Part shown: positions 63,689-64,000 of the stretch, one piece after another
Layout of the letters: every line of letters begins with the position of its first letter
Position numbering within the stretch: position 1 is the first letter of the stretch
Assembly: GCF_902713615.1 (NCBI RefSeq)
Contig: NW_024056011.1
Location: forward strand, 186,001 to 250,000
From: Scyliorhinus canicula
Taxonomy: Eukaryota
Reading direction: 5' to 3'
Length of the DNA: 64,000 nt
Made by a program: the position numbers and the translations under genes
The notes under the pieces: generated by a model
What the model saw: only the letters and a program-made list of their open reading frames with translations
Told to the model about the DNA's origin: nothing
The model's database searches: none

Positions 63689-64000
63689 TGATCAATGTGG
63701 AGAATCAGGACAGGATGGATGGAGAGGAAGCGGAGGAGGTGGGCGTGGTGGAGCCGAATGGAGGAGCCCCCAGCTCGGCTGTGGACAACAGGCAACAGGA
63801 AGCTGAGGCTGAGCGGAAATTCATCCAGAGAAATAGCGTCCTGAAGGGCTGAGAGTACCTGGGAATGATCACACACCGACGGTTACTCGCCCTCGCTCAT
63901 TCACTCGGCCTGACGCACCTCACTTACCCATTCTTACTCACTCACACCAATTCACTCATCATCACTCTCCCACATTCAGTCACCCACCCCCAGTAACCTA

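Overview
Vertebrate genomic DNA, almost certainly from a cartilaginous fish. The IgM-type VH and the tRNA-derived SINE, CR1 and L1 repeats are shark-like; a catshark is plausible but cannot be proven from sequence alone. Bases ~240-31,800 are a dense T-cell receptor alpha/delta-type V-segment array in mixed orientation. It holds three clearly intact V genes with 22/23-nt-spacer RSSs (10517-10849 +, 11854-12274 -, 22006-22520 -), two near-intact V genes with lesions at the leader-intron acceptor (13827-14312 +, 15534-16038 +), and about ten V pseudogenes or fragments, partly organised as a duplicated three-V cassette. The most striking feature is an intact, leader-intron-containing, already-joined immunoglobulin heavy-chain VDJ exon of shark IgM type at 45781-46323 (+). 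It lies 14 kb beyond the last TCR V relic and on the same side of the N-gap as that relic. It has no RSS and ends in a J splice donor, and I recognise no constant exon in the remaining 17.7 kb, 10 kb of which is two antisense L1 insertions. Other notable items: an intronless leader-V gene that keeps its RSS, CTCF-like motifs at fixed distances from RSSs and in V promoters, and a CCAAT-box minisatellite in a V promoter. The rest is SINEs, CR1 and L1 relics, four minisatellites and one ~510-nt N gap. No database searches were run; family names rest on recognised motifs.
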